Shown piece after piece: positions 27,439 through 32,000 of a stretch of 32,000 bases of DNA. Made by a program: the position numbers and the translations under genes. Origin of the DNA: Nitratidesulfovibrio vulgaris str. Hildenborough. Its GTDB lineage: Bacteria; Desulfobacterota; Desulfovibrionia; Desulfovibrionales; Desulfovibrionaceae. The notes beneath the pieces were generated by a model. It ran no database searches. It saw only the letters and a program-made list of their open reading frames with translations, and had not been told where the DNA came from. Position 1 is the stretch's first letter, and each line of letters begins with the position of its first letter. The DNA lies in contig NC_002937.3 in assembly GCF_000195755.1 (NCBI RefSeq), forward strand, positions 900,001 to 932,000, read 5' to 3'.

Positions 27439-28965
27439 TCAACGTTTCTTGCGCTTCTTCTTGTCGCGCTGTTTCTTCTTCTTGGTGGCCGAAGAGCCAC
27501 CGGGCAGCCCCCCCATGCCGGGGAGTCCGCCCATGCCGGGCATTCCGCCTCTGAGACCGCCGAGGCCGCCAAGCCCCCCCAGTCCACCGAGACCCCCCAT
27601 GCCGCCGCCCATGCCACCCATACCCCCCATACCGGGGATACGGGGCATGCGGCCGCCGCCGGGCTTGCCCATATTCATGACACGCTTCATCATCTCGCGC
27701 ATCTGCTCGAAATTCCGCAGAAGCTGGTTGACCTCCTGCACCGTGGTGCCCGACCCCTTGGCGATGCGTGCACGCCGACTGCCGTTGATGACATCGGGGT
27801 TGCGCCGCTCCTTCATGGTCATGGAGCTTATGATGGCCTCGATGCGGGCCATGTCCTTCTCGGGCACGCTCATCTGTCCAAGCTTGTCGCGCAGGGCGCC
27901 CATGCCGGGAATCATCTTGAGGATGCCTTCGAGCGAACCCAGCTTCTTCATGCGGCGCATCTGGGTGCGGAAGTCTTCGAGGTCGAAAGAAGCGCGCTGG
28001 AATTTCTTGGTGAGGGCCTCCGCCTCGTCCGCTTCGATGGTGCTCTGGGCCTTCTCGATGAGGGTGAGCATGTCGCCCATGCCGAGAATGCGCCCCGCAA
28101 CACGGTCGGGGTGGAATACCTCGATGTCCGAAAGTTTTTCGCCTATGCCGACGTACTTGACCGAGGCCCCCGTCACCGATTTGATGGAAAGGGCCGCGCC
28201 GCCGCGGGCGTCACCGTCCATCTTGGTGAGCACGACGCCGGTGATGCCCAGCTTCTCGTTGAAGGCATCGGCCACCGTGACGGCATCCTGACCCGTCATG
28301 GCGTCCGCCACGAAGAGAATCTCCTGCGGCGCGAAGGTGGCCTTGAGGGCCGCCAGTTCGTCCATCAGGGCTTCATCGACGTGCAGACGGCCTGCGGTGT
28401 CGAGCAGTACGGCGGTGCACTGCTTCTCTTTCGCGTCGGCGAGGGCCGCACGGACGATGTCCAGCGGCTTCATGTCCGGCGTGGACTGATAATATGGTAT
28501 ATCGAGCTGTCGGGCCAGCGTCACGAGCTGGTCGATGGCCGCAGGGCGGTATACGTCGACAGGCACGAGATACGGACGCATCTTGCGCTTGCGCAGCAGG
28601 TTGGCGATCTTGGCGGACGAGGTGGTCTTACCCGAACCCTGCAGGCCCACCATCATGATCACACCGGGCTGTGCCCCGCGCAGGTCGAGTTCGGTGGTGC
28701 CGCCGCCCAGAAGTTCGACAAGCTCGTCGTGGACGACCTTGACGACCTGTTGTGCCGGGGTGAGGCTCTTGAGTACGTCCTGTCCGAGGCAGCGTTCCTT
28801 GACCCGATCGATGAAATCCTTGACGACCTTGAAATTGACGTCGGCCTCCAGCAGGGCGAGACGCACTTCGCGCAGGCCTTCCTGGATGTTGTTCTCGTCG
28901 AGTTGGCTCTGTCCGCTGAATTTGCGGAACGCTTGCGTAAGTCTGTCGGATAGACTGTCGAACAT
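27439..28965 (-). CDS. ffh: Signal recognition particle protein Ffh (SRP54)
   Basis: 508 aa. It starts MFDSLSDRLTQAFRKF. The NG domain has GLQGSGKTT, DTAGRL and TKMDGDARGG. A Met-rich M domain follows. ATG at 28963-28965. The track start at 29145 is an extension. Confidence 0.96.
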   Translation of the reverse strand: MFDSLSDRLTQAFRKFSGQSQLDENNIQEGLREVRLALLEADVNFKVVKDFIDRVKERCLGQDVLKSLTPAQQVVKVVHDELVELLGGGTTELDLRGAQPGVIMMVGLQGSGKTTSSAKIANLLRKRKMRPYLVPVDVYRPAAIDQLVTLARQLDIPYYQSTPDMKPLDIVRAALADAKEKQCTAVLLDTAGRLHVDEALMDELAALKATFAPQEILFVADAMTGQDAVTVADAFNEKLGITGVVLTKMDGDARGGAALSIKSVTGASVKYVGIGEKLSDIEVFHPDRVAGRILGMGDMLTLIEKAQSTIEADEAEALTKKFQRASFDLEDFRTQMRRMKKLGSLEGILKMIPGMGALRDKLGQMSVPEKDMARIEAIISSMTMKERRNPDVINGSRRARIAKGSGTTVQEVNQLLRNFEQMREMMKRVMNMGKPGGGRMPRIPGMGGMGGMGGGMGGLGGLGGLGGLGGLRGGMPGMGGLPGMGGLPGGSSATKKKKQRDKKKRKKR

Positions 28966-29031
28966 GGGTACCCCGTAGAACGTCGTAAGAGGAGGTTCGT
29001 TACGGAACTTCCGGGCAGAAGTCAAGGGAAG

Positions 29032-29054
29032 GCGGCACCGGGGTGCGGTGCCGC
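29032..29054 (-). terminator. Hairpin between the aminotransferase gene and ffh (possible terminator, weak U-tract)
   Basis: Perfect 9-bp stem GCGGCACCG / CGGTGCCGC with a 5-nt loop. On the minus strand it is followed by CUUCCCUUGACUUCU. Confidence 0.4.
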
Positions 29055-29193
29055 TCTCCTTTGCTGTCGTGTACGCGCGGTCGGCGTTCGTGCCGTTTCC
29101 GGCAGCCCGTGCGGGCTGTGGTCCCCGCCGGGCGTCCGCCGTCACCCTGTCAGAGGGTGTGTTGGTCGCCAGACTGCCGAACCGCGTGGCTCA

Positions 29194-30375
29194 TCAGCCA
29201 CGGGCCCGACGGAAGCCCTCTGCTGCGCGGCGGATGATCGTTTCATCGACACAGAAGGTCAGCCTGAAATGCCCAGGACCGCCGAAGCCTGAACCGGGCA
29301 CGGCAAGGATGCGCTCCTCCATGAGGCGGCTGACGAACGTGACGTCGTCACCGCCCGGCGCCTTGGGGAAGAAGTAGAACGCGCCGCGGGGCATCTGGAA
29401 GTCGTACCCCGCCTCGGTGAGCACTTCGGCCATCACATCGCGCCTGCGGGCATAGATGCTGGCATCGACCTGTGCGCCCAGCGCCGCCGCCATGATGTGC
29501 TGGCCTACGACCGGCGGGTTGACGAAGCCGAGAATGCGGTTGGTGAGCAGGAGTCCGGCGGCGAGTTTGCCGCGGTTCTCCATGCGGGGCGACAGGGCGA
29601 TGTAGCCGAGGCGCTCGCCAGCCAGCGAGAGGTTCTTCGAGAACGAACTCACCACGAGACTGTGGTCGTAGAGAGGAAGCACTGATGGCACTTCAGCACC
29701 GTCGAAGGCGAGAAAACGGTAGGGTTCGTCGGCGATGAGGAAGACGGGGCGACCGTTGCGGGCGCTGGCCCGTGCGAGGATGTCGGCAAGCCCTTCGAGT
29801 TCGGCACGGGAATACACGGCCCCGGTCGGGTTGTTGGGCGAGTTGATGATGACCGCGCGCGTACGGGGGGTCATGGCCAGTTCGATGGCGTCGAGGTCGA
29901 GTCCGAAGGTGTCGGGCAGCGTCTTCACGGTGCGGAACACGCCACCATGGTTCTCGACATAGAACCCGTACTCGACAAAATAGGGAGCCATGGAGAGCAC
30001 TTCGTCGCCCTCGTCGAGAACGGCACGGAAGAAGGCGTTGAGCCCGCCGGCAGCACCGCAGGTGAGCACCACGTCGTCGCCTGTGAGGGACACTCCCTGC
30101 TCTGCTGAAAGGTGCGTAGCGAGCTTCTGGCGCGCCCACGCGTAACCGCCGTTGGGCATGTACCCGAAGGCGAAAGGTTCGCCAGCCCTGTCGGCCATGG
30201 CGCGCAGGCCGTCGCCCACAGCGGCGGGGGCGGGCAGGTCGGGGTTGCCGAGGCTGAAATCGCATACGGCGTCTTCGCCGTATTGCTGCTTGAGGATGAT
30301 CCCGGCCTCGAACATCTTGCGGATCCACGAGGCCCGTTCCATGTAGCCGGATATCTGTTGGGAGAGAAGAGACAC
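29194..30375 (-). CDS. Class I/II pyridoxal-phosphate aminotransferase (aspartate aminotransferase-like)
   Basis: 393 aa. Motifs: LGNPDLP, NSPNNPTG, and SFSKNLSLAGERLGY (PLP lysine). I chose the GTG at 30373-30375 with a GGAG SD. An ATG 11 codons downstream is an alternative start. Confidence 0.85.
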   Translation of the reverse strand: MSLLSQQISGYMERASWIRKMFEAGIILKQQYGEDAVCDFSLGNPDLPAPAAVGDGLRAMADRAGEPFAFGYMPNGGYAWARQKLATHLSAEQGVSLTGDDVVLTCGAAGGLNAFFRAVLDEGDEVLSMAPYFVEYGFYVENHGGVFRTVKTLPDTFGLDLDAIELAMTPRTRAVIINSPNNPTGAVYSRAELEGLADILARASARNGRPVFLIADEPYRFLAFDGAEVPSVLPLYDHSLVVSSFSKNLSLAGERLGYIALSPRMENRGKLAAGLLLTNRILGFVNPPVVGQHIMAAALGAQVDASIYARRRDVMAEVLTEAGYDFQMPRGAFYFFPKAPGGDDVTFVSRLMEERILAVPGSGFGGPGHFRLTFCVDETIIRRAAEGFRRARG

Positions 30376-30483
30376 GGTTGGCTCCGGTGGTTGCGGGTTT
30401 CTGTGGAAGGGGCGCGCCAGCCGACGGCCCGCATGACGACGGCGGCGACACCTCATGCGAGGGGTGCCGCCGCCGGTGGGATG

Positions 30484-30741
30484 CTAGAACGGGGATACGT
30501 TGAGGCGGATGCGGTTGATGCGCACGCGGCGCAGTTCCTTCTGCACCTCGAGTTGCAGACGCAACTGCCGCGCCTCATGGATTTCTTGCGCGAAGAAGAC
30601 ACCCTTGGCGTGGTCTTCGGCTTCGGTGAGGCGACGCAGGGCCGCTTCGCAATCCGCTTTGGCCTGCTCTATCTCACCTATCTGGGCCTCAAGAGTGGGG
30701 ATGTCATCCGGCAATGATGCGTCGTCTGGCAGGTTTGGCAT
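30484..30741 (-). CDS. Small charged coiled-coil protein of unknown function
   Basis: 85 aa, heptad-like and Glu/Arg/Gln/Leu-rich. ATG at 30739-30741 has a GGAG SD 7 nt upstream. The start lies 38 nt inside the 3' end of the upstream gene. There is no homology I recognise. Confidence 0.45.
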   Translation of the reverse strand: MPNLPDDASLPDDIPTLEAQIGEIEQAKADCEAALRRLTEAEDHAKGVFFAQEIHEARQLRLQLEVQKELRRVRINRIRLNVSPF

Positions 30742-32000
30742 CGATAATCTCCTTCGGCTTGGGCTTCAGGTCGGGAGAGGGCAAGCCGTTGAACAGGGCC
30801 CAGAAGGCGGGCATCAGTTCGGTGATGTTGCCGGGGTTGGCCAGCCTCAACCCGCTGCGCAGGAACGAGCCGAAGGCGAGGGCCATCGACCATTCGGGAG
30901 CGGGGCTTGCCCATCCGGCACCGGGGATGTCGGTCTCCACACGGGTAAGGGCACCGTCCTCGGCATCGGCCTCAAGGCCCAGTTGTCCGAGAAGGCCCGT
31001 CGCGGCAAGGGCATCCGTGCCGGCCGGGAGGGCGGGCATGCGTGCGGGCTTCTCCGAGGCGAAGGTCGCGGCGGCGAGCAGCACGGCAAGGGGTGCGTAT
31101 GCGGGGGGCAGGGTGGCGAGCGGTGCATCCATGTCGCCGGGTACGGCCGCGTAGGTCGAGGCAATGCCGTCCTTGTCGCGCTTCACTTCGAGGCCACCGG
31201 CCTTGAGCAGGGCGATGGCCGCTTCAGCCTCGGCACATGCGGCAGGCCAGAGGCCCGTCAGCCGCACGTTGCCACCGGCCACGGCGGGAAGGCCCAGCAG
31301 GTAGGTCGCGACAAGGGGCTCCATGGCGAGAGCGGGTTCAGCGGGAATGGTCATCGTGCCGGATGTGATGCGCACGGTGTCGCCGTCTGCCGTGGCCTTG
31401 ATGCCTGCTTCATGCAGCAGCGGAAGCACCGCGGCGAGGCACGAAGCCGACACCGGCGTGGCGGGAAGCCGCAACGTGACGGTGCCCGGCCAGAACGATG
31501 CAGCCAGAAGAAGTGCGCACAGCGCCTCGGCGGGCAGGTCGTCGGGAACGGTCACATCGTCAGGCAGGATGCCGGAGGATTCGAGGCGGACGGGAAGGCC
31601 CTTGGTCTTGGGCACCACGTTGGTGAGGCGCGCCCCGAGTCCGGGCAGGAAGTGCGAAAGGGCGGAGAGGTCGGCGAGCTTGAGCGCTGCGCCACCTGTG
31701 ATCTTGAGATGGGACTGGGCTCCGATGGCAAGAAAGATGAGCAGGTACAGGTTGAGCGCATCTTCGCCGATGTAGACGACCTTGTCCGAGAAATCGAGAG
31801 GGCACCCGGCCTTGGCGTGAACGTTGCCAGCCTCGTCCCATGAGATGGACGCACCGGACTGGTTCAGCGCTTTGACGAAGTCGATCATCGGGTCGTTGAT
31901 GAGCGCTCCCCTGATGGTGACCTCGGACGCGGCGGCTGTGGCAAGCGCCAGCCAGAGGCGGGTCTGCCTGATGGAGGCGGGCGCATCGATGTTCACATCG
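30704..32000 (-). CDS. EPSP-synthase-fold (enolpyruvyl transferase family) protein with degenerate active site; 5' end probably outside the window
   Basis: Over 430 aa. It is collinear by eye with E. coli AroA along its whole length. The frame is still open at position 32000, and the track start at 31996 is a GTG. See the finding for residue details. Confidence 0.7.
   Translation of the reverse strand, partial: DVNIDAPASIRQTRLWLALATAAASEVTIRGALINDPMIDFVKALNQSGASISWDEAGNVHAKAGCPLDFSDKVVYIGEDALNLYLLIFLAIGAQSHLKITGGAALKLADLSALSHFLPGLGARLTNVVPKTKGLPVRLESSGILPDDVTVPDDLPAEALCALLLAASFWPGTVTLRLPATPVSASCLAAVLPLLHEAGIKATADGDTVRITSGTMTIPAEPALAMEPLVATYLLGLPAVAGGNVRLTGLWPAACAEAEAAIALLKAGGLEVKRDKDGIASTYAAVPGDMDAPLATLPPAYAPLAVLLAAATFASEKPARMPALPAGTDALAATGLLGQLGLEADAEDGALTRVETDIPGAGWASPAPEWSMALAFGSFLRSGLRLANPGNITELMPAFWALFNGLPSPDLKPKPKEIIDAKPARRRIIAG

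Overview
This is a high-GC bacterial chromosome segment, about mid-60s % GC by spot counts. The gene content and order look like a Desulfovibrio-type deltaproteobacterial core region; that organism assignment is inference from gene order and composition only. The order is hrcA, bcp, asmA-like, cobQ, Isf-like flavoprotein, tRNA-Ser, argJ, secA, glcD/glcF-like pair, smpB, ptsI-ptsH-PTS IID, rsmI, yraN, rnhB, rplS-trmD-rimM-KH-rpsP, ffh, aminotransferase. I support about 31 CDS and one tRNA. Every gene from 8.9 kb to the window end is on the minus strand.

Most starts were re-set from the ORF track, which takes the most upstream start and shows GTG as M. I used homology onset plus Shine-Dalgarno (SD) sequences.

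The only clearly accessory piece is a ~1.5 kb low-GC islet at 9768-11345, next to tRNA-Ser(GCU). It is bracketed by 54-bp direct repeats that duplicate the tRNA 3' end plus its terminator. It carries a two-gene lipoprotein operon and no integrase.

Other second-look items:
- an EPSP-synthase-fold protein with apparently all catalytic residues replaced, followed by an overlapping small coiled-coil ORF
- TrmD fused to a second SPOUT-like domain, with a local GC dip at the junction
- an orphan PTS IID-HPr-EI module
- a 15-bp in-frame tandem repeat (PDAAM)n in a membrane-fused spermidine-synthase-like protein
- a Gly/Met-rich polybasic Ffh tail

I saw no CRISPR array, transposase, integrase, or recognisable defence or toxin-antitoxin system. 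Many long ORFs in the track are high-GC shadow ORFs.
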